DNA from: Basidiobolus meristosporus CBS 931.73
Taxonomy: Eukaryota > Fungi > Basidiobolomycota
Assembly (NCBI GenBank): GCA_002104905.1
Contig: MCFE01000148.1
Location: forward strand, 1 to 64,000
DNA: 64,000 bases
Direction of reading: 5' to 3'
Below, in pieces: positions 36,601 through 47,677 of the stretch. The translations under genes and the position numbers were made by a program. Each line of letters opens with the position of its first letter. Position 1 is the stretch's first letter. Below the pieces are notes generated by a model. It made no database searches and had not been told where the DNA came from. It saw nothing but the letters and a program-made list of their open reading frames with translations.

Positions 36601-38547
36601 AGCAAAGCTTTCGGGTGCAGCGCTATTATTGAGGTTCTTGAGATTTCCGGGGCAAGTCTAGTCGATTGACGGTTATTACCGTTGCAGTTTGCAGTAACAA
36701 CTTGCATGCATTCCACATTTACCTCGACGTTCCACACACAATCGCTATGGAACAAGAAACTTCTGTATTTACCGAGGTTTTTAAGATCTTGTATATCCCA
36801 TATAAAAATACTGCGATCACTATAGATACAAGCTATCTTTTCACTGTTGTGTGTTAGTTTGATTGCAACTGTATTCGGGTAAATCCTAGAAGCACTCGGC
36901 TTATAGCTGAAGTAGATTATTAGTACTATAAGACCTTGCTTTATCAAATGGAAGTTCTTACTTCGGTGAAGTCACATCGGCATCGAGTTGATGTGGTCTC
37001 GGAAGTGTTCCAACATATCTCAATGTTATAGGATCAAAGAGTCTAAGATTGATTAATTCATGGCTTTGAAGTGAACCAATGAGGGGTCACGCACACACCT
37101 TATTATTCCATTCTCGCATCCACACGCGATATACCGGTCGTCTACACAAAGTGAGTAGGCTTTTTTGACCTAAACGAAGTTATTGGATTGTCAATGCACA
37201 TCAATCATATTTAGGATTACCTGCAAATTTATCCACCTTTGAATTACTCTCTTCTCGCTAAGTTGGCAGAGAAGCCCGCTAGCAGTGATACAGTATATTA
37301 GAGAATCACCATTTCTGTCTTTACTGCAGGCAATATCAATGTATGTGTTGTTACTAAGGCTAGATAATATCCCAGATCGACCAATCATAACTTTCGTCGA
37401 CTAGAGGATTTATGGGTCCATTATTATCTCAAGCACTCGTAATGGGAAGTGTTTTACACATAGTTACCGATGAACCGCCAACTCCATGATGATCAAAATA
37501 CCAATACTTGATATGTCGAAGGCCTACTGTTATACAGTATGAGCCATTTTTTGCAAAGGCCAGGCCAAACACCTACCGAACAGAAAATCAACGAGTGTAC
37601 ATAATACATTTGTACAATATATCGGGTCTTCTACCTTCGATGAGATCTTGTTAGACGCGATTTTGACCTCTGCTCTCCAGTCCCAAGCAAAAAGAAACCC
37701 ATCATGCTATTGGATTGATTGATCTTTTAAGCTAATAAACATAAATTATGTATAAAGTTTACACTCATTTACCTGGAATCCCACTGACACCAAATACTTT
37801 GTACAAGGGGAAAACGCTAGATTGGAGATACCAAACTTATGGCCCAGTAATTCACCCATAACAATCGACCGCTTCCAGTCCCATATTATAACACGAGGTT
37901 GATACCCGCACTGTATGCTCCTAGCTTAGTTAAAAGGACAATTGGAATGCACCGTTCTCAATAACTACCTCACCAACTGCCAAGTACTCTCCATCGGGTG
38001 AGAAGGCCAAAGCAGTGACAGCTTTTGGAGTATTACTTGACGGTTTTCTAGAATGTGAGGGCCGAACACCAGGGTCCAGAGGGACAGTGGAGCTTGAAAG
38101 GAGACTTTCGACTGCAGCATTTGGCTGGTTGACTACAGCACCTATGGCTTGCAAAAAGCCGCACTGCTTATTTTTCTTATAATTGTACAACACGACAACG
38201 CAACCAGCACAATATGCGATAATATCTTGTGAAGGGTGTACGGTAAAGGCGGCGTTCTCGGTTGTGGTTAGACCAAGTATACGTTTAAGCGTAACCTTTT
38301 GAAACAATATATATGAGATAGCGAAGGATAATGAGTTCCTAAAAGGACGAACATTAGGCTTTTTGGTTGTTTTTTTCGTTTTGCGTCGAAGCGAGTGTAT
38401 AGGAGGCTTTCCGCACGGCGACCGGTTTACGTTTCTACCAGGGATGGGCTTTTGGCACGAGTGAAGATACTGAAGCATAGTATTCTAGTAAGGGCTCTTA
38501 ATAGAACTCGATATGTAAAAAAGCGAGTAAAGAGGACTTACTGACAT
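33651..38547 (-). CDS. WDR62/MAPKBP1-family WD40 protein, multi-exon
   Basis: Exons read VTLKRILGLT...AYCAGCVVVLYN, AFSPDGEYLAVGE, VIIWDW...GHKFGIS..AFSP..KYLVSVGFQ, ISPDGRYIASGDKEGNLR, ATAGRDRMIHIFD, LYGHSEQITSAKF, and a C-terminal helix ELEKFSDMLLKIVGEKM like the WDR62/MAPKBP1 tail. Start (ATG TCA then GTAAGT intron) and some exon limits are inferred. Confidence 0.88.
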
Positions 38548-40176
38548 AAGCCTTCGTGTGATATACCAGGCTGTGTTCCACTATGTCTGTTAGAACCAAA
38601 ATTTTCTGTATTATGCTTCCACAACGGTTGGATATGAAGAGAAGAGTAGTGCGACTTCTAAAATAGGAATCTTTTGCGTGGTTAAATGTCTCAGGCTACA
38701 CATGATTACATGCTTGTAGATTGAGCTCACCGAGGCTCGCGTGGATAATCAGCTAAATGCTCGTTCATTAAAGGCTCATAAAAGGAAGTGTCCTACTATG
38801 TCTGTGTTCTGGCTTTGTTCATGTCCCAGAATCTATGTTGCAAAACACGGAGACGGCGATTGGAAGCGATACATATATAATGACGCCATATGCATAGAAC
38901 GGACATTAGATGCTATGCAACTGGCTGATATATTTTGATGATGTTGGGACATTGATCTCAGGAAGTATTTGCATGGGCAGCCTATAGGTTTCAGTCCACT
39001 AAATAACGGTATTCTTAGAATTGTTTGTAGGCAATTCCAGTTTTGGGATGAAACCTGGTTTCCCAGGCTTTTTAGGGTTGGATCAGTGATCATGGTCGTG
39101 CTACCTGCATCATTGCATAAAACTGGATGTCCTCTTGAGGAACGAATAACTTGAGATCTGAGCATCATGTATTCCGATTCCTAATGCATTGGCTTTCGTA
39201 ACTAATCAAGATTAGCTTTCCTCAGCGCCCGGGACAGTTTTAATTATGAAAGATAAACCATTGGGGTGTTCTTAGCGAGGCTACTAAATATGGCCTTATT
39301 GTTTGCATTCGTCAGAGTACCACTTCATTAGTTATTGCAATTCATACACTCGTCGGTTTGTAAAGTAAACGCTGGTAAAGAATATCGAAAAATCAGCATG
39401 GTGTAAGGAACCGATTCGGAAGGCTCCGGGGCAGAGTCTTTGCTAAATTCAGTGCTTTTTATATGTATATCGGCGTGACTTGACAGAAGGCTGATATTCA
39501 ACAAATAAACGCCACTAAAGAACGGTTTGGTTTGCCGTTGGTAGGGATAGCAAAAGGAAGTTTTGGTCTAAAAATGCCTTGACATTTGATTTGACAGGTT
39601 GCTCTGTGGCTGAGTATACAAGCCTATGTATTGAACTACTTCCAATATTACTCTAGCATCCATGTCTAGTTCATACTTCAGGCTTGCTTTGCATGTGGGA
39701 TATCAATGTACTCCTTTAGAGATTGAGAGGGTGGTACCTATTGGCATGCGAATATGCGTGGCTCCAAGGTTTCAGAGCTTAATTTCCTCATCACCACGAT
39801 TTCCTGTATTCTTCGGACAAAACGTGGCGTCGATCTGAGTGCTTCATGTAATTAGCTTTTCTGCTGGGAGAATGAGGTTCCATATATCATTGTGTGTATA
39901 GGTGGGTCTTGAGCTTACGCCCAACAGTGTGAGATGAACTTGCGTTTTCTGGTTGCAGCTGCAACACAACATTCTACACTGACTGTACATACACGTTCAT
40001 GATCACCAGAACCATCATGAACTTCAAGATAGCTGATTCAACTCAAGATATGAATAATGATTTGTGCTGGGTTATGAAGTAATGAAATTAATTCTCATCA
40101 GTTTTGGCTTAAATACACCCTGACGTTCAGTTGGAAAGCAGGTGCCTCTACATTCTTCTGACCAGCTTTGCGTACC

Positions 40177-40647
40177 ATGCCCCGCATTCAAGATATAGCC
40201 AGTAGTGCTCAAGACAAAACTAAGGAAGGTCTAGATGAAATCAAAAGGCAAACTCAAGGCATAGCAGACTATACCGAGAAATCACCAATACTAAAGAGAT
40301 ATGGCTATGGAGTATTGACTCTTTCCACGGTTCCTGTGGTGATGTTTGTTGCTTATGCACTAGTCATTATTCTTGGGACGATAGGAGCAGCAGCTACTGG
40401 CTCTATTGCTGTTATCGGAACCTTCCTTGGCATAGGGACTCTTGTTCTACTCCCTGCCTTATTGTCAGCAGCCTTTATCGCTCTTGTGGGAGTTGGCACT
40501 TACGAAAGTTTCAAGTTTGGATTCGACTTACTCACCCGGCTATATCACCTGATCCGCCCAAAAGTAGAGTCTCTCTTTGATTCTGTTCAAGACACCGTTC
40601 ATCAAATTACGGAACCGGCCCAGGACACAGCCGACACTGATCAATAG
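40177..40647 (+). CDS. Promethin/LDAF1 (oleosin-like) lipid-droplet membrane protein, 156 aa
   Basis: ~65-residue uncharged hydrophobic stretch (GVLTLSTVPVVMFVAY...GTLVLLPALLSAAFIALVGVG) flanked by short amphipathic ends; ATG at 40177. Confidence 0.7.
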   Translation: MPRIQDIASSAQDKTKEGLDEIKRQTQGIADYTEKSPILKRYGYGVLTLSTVPVVMFVAYALVIILGTIGAAATGSIAVIGTFLGIGTLVLLPALLSAAFIALVGVGTYESFKFGFDLLTRLYHLIRPKVESLFDSVQDTVHQITEPAQDTADTDQ

Positions 40648-41214
40648 ACTCCAGGTGTTGGGAAAGGCACCGTGGTGGCTGCATGTATGGCCATGATATG
40701 TTGCTCATTGATCAATAAACTGTATCTTGATGGGTTGTCTATATTTTGATGCGCGTTTTGGCATACAAATGTTGCGGGGGAAATGAATAGTGAAATCTGA
40801 TCCCGAGGCACGAGCTGTTTTCTGGGATACACTTAGATTGGTTCTTTGCAATTGTCGATTTATGCTGGGCTGTGTATATATATATATTTATATATGCGTA
40901 GAGGTAACGTTGTCTCGTCGCTTCAATATATGCATGTTCACCGCAACCGCAAACCCCAGCTCAACATCATACAATCAAGACTTAACATTACTCGATAGAT
41001 TGACTATTTTTTTGCTTAATGTAACATTTGTGCTACCTCACCTCTTAGTTATTCTAAAGGCTGAAATTGCCCACTCATCCGTGTAAAGTAGATCTATGGT
41101 GCTCCAAAATTCACTTAAAATTTTGTGGGGTAGGAATGCGGAGCTAGAACAAAATCATATCTGATTTATCGTATGAACGGAACCTTGACCCATTCAACAA
41201 TATTCGGCACTTTC

Positions 41215-42093
41215 ATGTTTGTTGGAAGGAAAGGATTCCTAGCTTTGGGGGGAGCTCGTTGTCGGTCCTTTTGTACAAGAAGCCCCTTATTTTCGGCACA
41301 TATAGTGAAGGTATAAAGAGCTCAAGCCATCTTGAACATTGGAAGGAACTAAATCTCACCTTACTCTTATTTAAAGATAGAGGCTCCACTTGGAATAGGA
41401 AGTGGGACTATTGCCCGGAATTTAGCAAAGAAAACCCATTATCAATACATTCCCGTGCTGGAAGTTATGAAAGCTATCGTGTTTAAAGTTGTTTTACAGC
41501 TCATTCATCAGCTGCTCCTTCTTCTAATGTTCAACTTTTTAACCCAGGCCACAAACAAATCCCCAACTACCAAACAATTACAGCATCCCGAGAGAATCCT
41601 TCACTTCATTAAGAATTCCGAGGTTGATTGTATTCATGATCCAAAGTTAGATTACAAGATCATCGTGAATAATGATGATCTCACAACAGCCGCTGTTGGA
41701 TTGAAGGCTCTTGCTGTTCTTACTAAACGACTCCAGGAGAACCCTCTGGTTCAGAAGGAATTACTTGACCGTGTTACTCGGGTCATTTGTGAACATGAAG
41801 CTCAAGGAGTAGTTTTTTCAACGTACATGACAAAACTTCAAGTACCTTCTGATGTCTCGATATTTCTTCAAGCAGATATAGAAACCCGAGTGAAAATGGA
41901 ACTTCGTAGAGCCAAAACAAAGAATTTGCTTCTCGATTCTTCCCAAATTCGCAGGAGCCTATTGCATCACGACGAGATCAGTGGTGTGGCTAGTAAACTT
42001 CGCAATAGCACTCACACGTTAGATATATCAAATATGAAGTTGGCACATATCATTCACAAATGTCAAGAAATCATTAAGGCGTCAAACAAATAG
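41215..42093 (+). CDS. Bacterial-type cytidylate kinase (Cmk)-fold protein with degenerate active site and putative mitochondrial presequence; exons 41215-41310, 41377-41487, 41548-42093
   Basis: Two phase-0 GT..AG introns (66 and 60 nt) give ...HIVKIEAPLGIGSGTIARNLAKKTHYQYIP...IIVNNDDLT...NPLVQKELL...SDVSIFLQADIETRVKMELRR...HTLDISNMKLAHIIHKCQEII, colinear with Cmk. An in-frame ATG also exists at 41173. Confidence 0.75.
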
Positions 42094-42199
42094 AATTTTA
42101 CTGACACCCAAGAGACACTTGTCTGAACCATCTCTCCTATAGTCAATGCTGATTCTTGGGGCGCCGCCAATAATATATGCTGCATTAGAATATCATTCA

Positions 42200-42520
42200 C
42201 ATTATGTACAGTCAATAAAAACAGTATTCATCTTCCATGAATTTCACTTTACAGAAGCAATGACCATTTGTGGAGCAGACAGAGCTGCAATATTGGGTGT
42301 CTTACAGATGAATGCAGGTACGCTTACCTACTCAGATACTGGTACACGTGGCATCACAGCTTATTACTTTCATCGAGGCTATGAGACTTGCTTGGGTGGA
42401 GAGCACATTGATGCATTTATATTTTATGCAGCTAGCACTCTATAGTGACGTGCAGTTAGGGTGCTGGAATGGGCATCCAGTAACACAAGGCTTCATCTCT
42501 TGTAACCAAACTATACATTG
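42200..42520 (+). pseudogene. Possible highly diverged Hsp70-family ATPase-domain fragment
   Basis: IFHEFHFTEAMTICG...ILGVLQMNAGTLTYS...GYETCLGGEHID parallels IINEPTAAAIAYG...VLVFDLGGGTFDVS...GDTHLGGEDFD in spacing; stops follow. Confidence 0.35.
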
Positions 42521-45479
42521 AAAAATAGAACCATTCTATTGAATGAGCACATATCTGGGAAAGTGAGTGAAATGCACTGGCCAACTTCAGAATAGGACTG
42601 GGAAGTTCTCATGCTTTGATGCCAATTGTCTTCTCAATGCTATTTCAAAAGACTACTAACAGCTGTTCAATGATTCTACCACTGGAAAAAACTTCAGCAA
42701 AAATTCGGATTATTGATCTCTGACTGGCAGTCAAGCCTTGCCACATAATAGTAAAACCATATTCTTTCTGGTATCATTTGAGATTGCCAATATCAAGATT
42801 TTAAACATGACATTTTTAGTGCAATTCCTTGTCTCTGATCCTTCGAGTTGAGAATTGTCACTCAAGCCAAAGTTATGATTTTTGTTGTTTCCCAGCTATT
42901 CCCATGCGTACTCTTGCGCACCGTCTCAATATCTCAATACATAACGCAACACATTTCAAGACAACCTCATGACAATGGCTCATATACAATGTTGCTGCTT
43001 TCCACTCATATTAGTGACTGTGCTGATAATGTTCACTCCAACTGCGAATATGTACCAATGTCACACAAAAGTAAATAATGCAATTTGCACTATCCTGATA
43101 ATGTATATTTGGTTTGGATGAAGCATGTTTGACATTAGCAAGATGTGGCTATGGTCCTAAAGTATTTTTTAAAAGGAGACCTGGACGCAATATGAGCCTG
43201 GGCACATATTTCGTAGAAAGGTAGGGATGCCATATGAAATTAATAAAAATCCAAGCTTTGTTACACATACAACTTGAAAATAAGGATTGGCGTTTTCTCG
43301 GGGCATATTAGAAACACGGGATTTAAACAGACTCTTGCACATACAACCCATGTACGAAATACGAAACCTAGTCATTTACATTTCTCAATGGTTCGAGTTA
43401 TGCAAAATATCTTGCTACTAGGGGACTGGAAAAAGGTAGGAATGCCAGCAAAAGATGTATCAAATTCACATTAGTAATTTTTTGAAGGGTGGGCATACGA
43501 GGTGGAACGTTGGTTTCAAATTGATATATGAAACAATTAGAAAATACACATGCTCATTGCAGAACGTCGTAAACGCTTAATCTCCAAGGTAGACGAAAAG
43601 GCACCAAGCTATGCACTTCTCTTTGAAAGAGATTTTGTAACTGATTGTACGTAACTATCCATCCGAATTGACCAAGGATCGGACAGGGTTTAAAACATCA
43701 TAATACTTAGCCTGCGATCGTTTGGATGCTTCTTCAGAATTATGCATGCCACTGATCATAAGAACAATCGGGTTGGATGCGAATTATCTGAGCAATATTG
43801 TACCCATTGGAGAGGATCCCATGTTTTTTAAATAGCCAGACCACTGCTCTCACTCTCGTCAAGTTTCAGATGGCACCTCCCGCAGTTCGAACCACAGCCA
43901 TTGCCTTGGGTCAACATGGAATTCCTTATCTTCCGGTTGATCTTCGCTACGTAGGAATAATATACGCACCACATGAAATGTAGTAACAAGTCATGCGGAA
44001 ACATCCCTGTGCAATGGAGCTGATCTTATCCAAGCATGCATCATACGTGTTTGCAAAAGCAATAATCATTCCACCCTACACCCTACTAGATGTTGCATCC
44101 TTATCACTTTCAATTACGATTAACTCTAATATTCCGTAGGGTTACACGGAGCGAATAGGATCGAGAACTTGGAATTTTGAAGTCATCAGAGGATAGTGTA
44201 ATGTCTATAAGCGAGCTTGTCGATTTACTGAGTGAGAGTGGAGGGGCTTTTGTATCATTTGAATGATTCTCTCTTTGAACATTCCTGCATCCAATTGACA
44301 TTCGGCTGCATGGTGGCCTAGTTTAGAACTAGGTTTAGTTATCCGTGAGTAATGGGTTTACGAAGTACCCAGAGTCCAAATCTATGCCGAGCTTTTCATT
44401 TATCCCGGAATTCAGAAGAGATATTGAAAGCTTGAGAGTGAACCTAATCTCGCACTATTTAGCTAGATGTAAAAAACAAGCGAACAGTTGGGTGCGAAAC
44501 TACAGATGCTAGTTATCATCCAAGGGTAAAGTATTGGGATCTAGATGCAACGAATCATCTAAATATGTATGTGAATGTGGAAATTTCTACGCTTGCAGCT
44601 CTGTGCCCAGTGCCTACGAAAAAAATCCATGCCCTACCATGATTGTTTCAGAGGATGGAAGCCTCCACCAAACCTCAAGCCCATTGAGCTGGCTATCTTA
44701 CGGCGATCCCAACATGGGAGATTGGGATTTTCAATCTTATATGGAAGCCGATTTCTCCAAGACCCCTGAGCATCCATCCTACAGAAAACACCTACGCTCC
44801 CTCACCAATGGAAAAGCCGGCTCAAGGAAAGTTTCAGTTGTGTGTGCGTTCCATTCCAGATCGGTAGTGCAGCATCGGGCTCCTCTGACAGCGATTGAGA
44901 AAGCCGGCCCTCATCCAGATGGAGGACGCTCGATTACGCTTGGAGAGTAGGTACACTATCTGATGAGAACGTGCGAGTGGAACCAATATTTGTTACGAGA
45001 AACCATTGTTCAACACCCATGCAGAATCACCCCACCTCATCGATATTGGGATAGAAGTAAGGGACCTCTTGACTTAGGTCATGTCCGACGCTCCCGCTAC
45101 ACAGAGGGGCCTGATCAAACGGACAGCGAGACGTCTGTGTAAAACGCCCATCAGTAACGTGTGTGCCCATGAATCCAGGGTGGTACACTGAGAGTCCTCG
45201 ATCAATAGCCATCTGGATGGGATATGGCAAATCAAAATTTTTCTAGCATATATGCAGCCCTCGAGATTATTAATGTAGATAAGATGCCAATGAATATTCT
45301 TGACCTGTTTCATTTGGGGACCAATTGCGATGGCCTTGGTTGATACGGTGCGCTACATGCCACCCAATTCCTTTATAAAGGCCGTTCCTTCCGGACACAT
45401 CAAGAGGCTCCGGTGCTTTCCCATTCTGAGCCGATCTCAAGCATCAAATTCCACCACTTTCCAGACTTCGCTACGAAGT

Positions 45480-46766
45480 ATGAGATGCGACAATCCGTTG
45501 AGTCAGGTCATGATACTGGGCTTGATCTGCTGCTTCGTTGTGGGCGTCTATAACGTCTACTATGGTATTGGAACCCTGGGGAAGATGAGCGCCAGTGATT
45601 CCCGACGTGTGAATATAGCGCTTTATGCTACATGCGCAGTATGCAGCACCTTTGCAGGTTCGATTAACAATCTACTTGGCCCACGGATTTCTCTGATACT
45701 GGCAGGGCTGACCTACATTTTGTATGTATTCATCCTCTGGGCCTTTACCCGCATTGCCAATGCTGCCCTGACGATTGTCGGTGCGGTGATTGTGGGCTTT
45801 GGCTCTGCTCTACTGTGGGCCACTGTTGGCATGATCATCACTTCGTACCCGACGGAGAACCAAAAGGGGCGTTTCTTCGGTATCTTTTGGATCCTTTTTA
45901 ATATTGGTGCCTTTGTTGGAGGGTTTCTCCCGTTGCTGGACTTCAACTTTCAGGTTGTCACAATCAGTTTTATTAGCCTCATGGTCTGTGGGCTGTTCCT
46001 TATTCTCTTTCTAATTCCCTCCGCACAGGTGATCCGTGAAGATGGATCACGAGTCACCTCTAAAACGGGGTTCCGTCTTTCGCATGAGCTGCGCCAGCTG
46101 CTACGAGCTATCACCAACCGCAAACTCCTTCTGTTATGGCCTATATTCCTTTACTCCAATTGGTTTTACAGCTATAGATTCGGCGATCTCAATGTCACCT
46201 TCTTTACCCCAAGAACACGAACCTTTAATAATATCTTTTACTGGGCATCGCAGATGCTGGGTGCCTTCACTTTCGGCCAATTCCTGGACAACCCGCTTAT
46301 GTGTCGGTCAAAACGAGCCACGCTAGGGCTCGGGTTTATATTCCTGTTCTTCACCGCTTCATGGCTGGGCTGCCTGGTTGTCGAGATCAAAGACTTCATG
46401 GATGTGGACGTGCTGGACGACCAGTATGCAAGGTTTCTGGTGCTGTTTCTTCTCTCAGGATTCTCGGATGCCATGATCCAGACGTGGTGCTACTGGATCA
46501 TAGGCACCTTGACCAATAATGCGATGATCTTGTCTCGCTACTCAGGGATATATAAGGCCATCCAATCTGCGGGCACTGCCATCTCATGGTACTTGGATGC
46601 TACTTCCGTGGCTCCTACCGCTGTCGTTGGCATCAACTGGGCCCTCCTGTATATTGGAACCATTTTTGCATATATGATAGCACGCAAAGTGAGTGATACC
46701 AATTACTCGTTTAGGGAGTCCATTCGTTCACCACCAGAGACCTACAACCAATCTCAAGAATCGTAG
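45480..46766 (+). CDS. UNC-93-like MFS membrane protein, intronless
   Basis: SQVMILGLICCFVVGVYN, NIALYA...GSINNLLGPR, GSALLWATVG...YPTENQKGRF.GIFWILFNIGAFVGG, SNWFYSY, TRTFNN, D...QTWCYWIIG.L, YKAIQSAG.AISW. ATG 45480 fits the family N-terminus better than the 45300 TTG. Confidence 0.9.
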   Translation: MRCDNPLSQVMILGLICCFVVGVYNVYYGIGTLGKMSASDSRRVNIALYATCAVCSTFAGSINNLLGPRISLILAGLTYILYVFILWAFTRIANAALTIVGAVIVGFGSALLWATVGMIITSYPTENQKGRFFGIFWILFNIGAFVGGFLPLLDFNFQVVTISFISLMVCGLFLILFLIPSAQVIREDGSRVTSKTGFRLSHELRQLLRAITNRKLLLLWPIFLYSNWFYSYRFGDLNVTFFTPRTRTFNNIFYWASQMLGAFTFGQFLDNPLMCRSKRATLGLGFIFLFFTASWLGCLVVEIKDFMDVDVLDDQYARFLVLFLLSGFSDAMIQTWCYWIIGTLTNNAMILSRYSGIYKAIQSAGTAISWYLDATSVAPTAVVGINWALLYIGTIFAYMIARKVSDTNYSFRESIRSPPETYNQSQES

Positions 46767-47677
46767 TGCTCGCCATCAGCTCCCGCTCTCATCGTTTACC
46801 CGGCATGCGGCATCAACTCCACAAAGCTTGCGGGCTTGCCCTACCATACCTGAGGACCACATCTACACCAATTGCCTCATCTGATTTGCTTTACCCTAGA
46901 CCATCAGCATGCAATCTGCCAGTGGGGCTTCGATCTCCAAACATGACGTAGTATATTGCCTGCATGACGGTGTAACCTATTTTAAACCCGTATCACCTAT
47001 TCGTTTGGTTAGTCCAATGTTTCAAATAACCGTTTTGATCTGCCTTTCGCTCGATGGTTTTGATCGCGCATGGTGCTATTTGTGGAACACTTGAATGATG
47101 AAAAGGCCTGGGAGATTCTGGAAATATCCACCAGGCATGTCTGCCAATGGACCTACATTCAACAGCATGTTGGGTATTGGGACCAGATGCCCCTATATCT
47201 GTCATGACTACCGATGCCCCGTACTCTCTGTAGCATCCCGCCTTGCTACGGTACCCGAAGTGTAAATCAATGGATGACGCTTTGATCGGTTCCCATACTT
47301 GTTCAGGATATACTGAACGATGAGTGGCTGTTGGCTAAACTAAATAAAGTTGAATTTGAGGGCCAAATGCCATGTCTGCATTGCGACTTGACTTGATATC
47401 TCGAGATATCCAGATCCTTGAGTACACATCAATAAACAATAGTGCCGGAAATCATTACAAGTAGCATATGCAACGGTACACAGCACAGCTCCGATATTCC
47501 CAATTGAGGTTGTAGAATCCTGATTACATTTTGGGTATAACGATTTATTGATTAAAGCGATCGTGGTACAGAAATGAGGGCAGATTTGGTAGCAAATAAT
47601 CATAGTATTAGAATCTCTAAACTTCTCTTGTCACTCCTCGAATTCTTCATTCTATTCGGCTTGGGAAGGGAGGGGTC

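Noticed and set aside
41488-41547. Hydrophobic VVLQLIHQLLLLLMFNFLTQ segment as a transmembrane helix in the Cmk-fold protein
   Set aside because: It is a 60-nt stop-free intron (GTTGTT..CTAAT..CAG); removing it restores Cmk spacing. Retention as an isoform cannot be excluded.
43300-43700. Possible retrotransposon gag relic (..NFLKGGHTRWN.., ..WAYEVERWF..)
   Set aside because: Resemblance too weak, no pol or LTR nearby, and CpGs are retained unlike the true TE relics.
45300-45479. 60-residue N-terminal extension of the UNC-93-like ORF
   Set aside because: Starts at TTG and precedes the family-typical N-terminus; treated as open 5' UTR, although ATGs at ~45330 and ~45357 are in frame.
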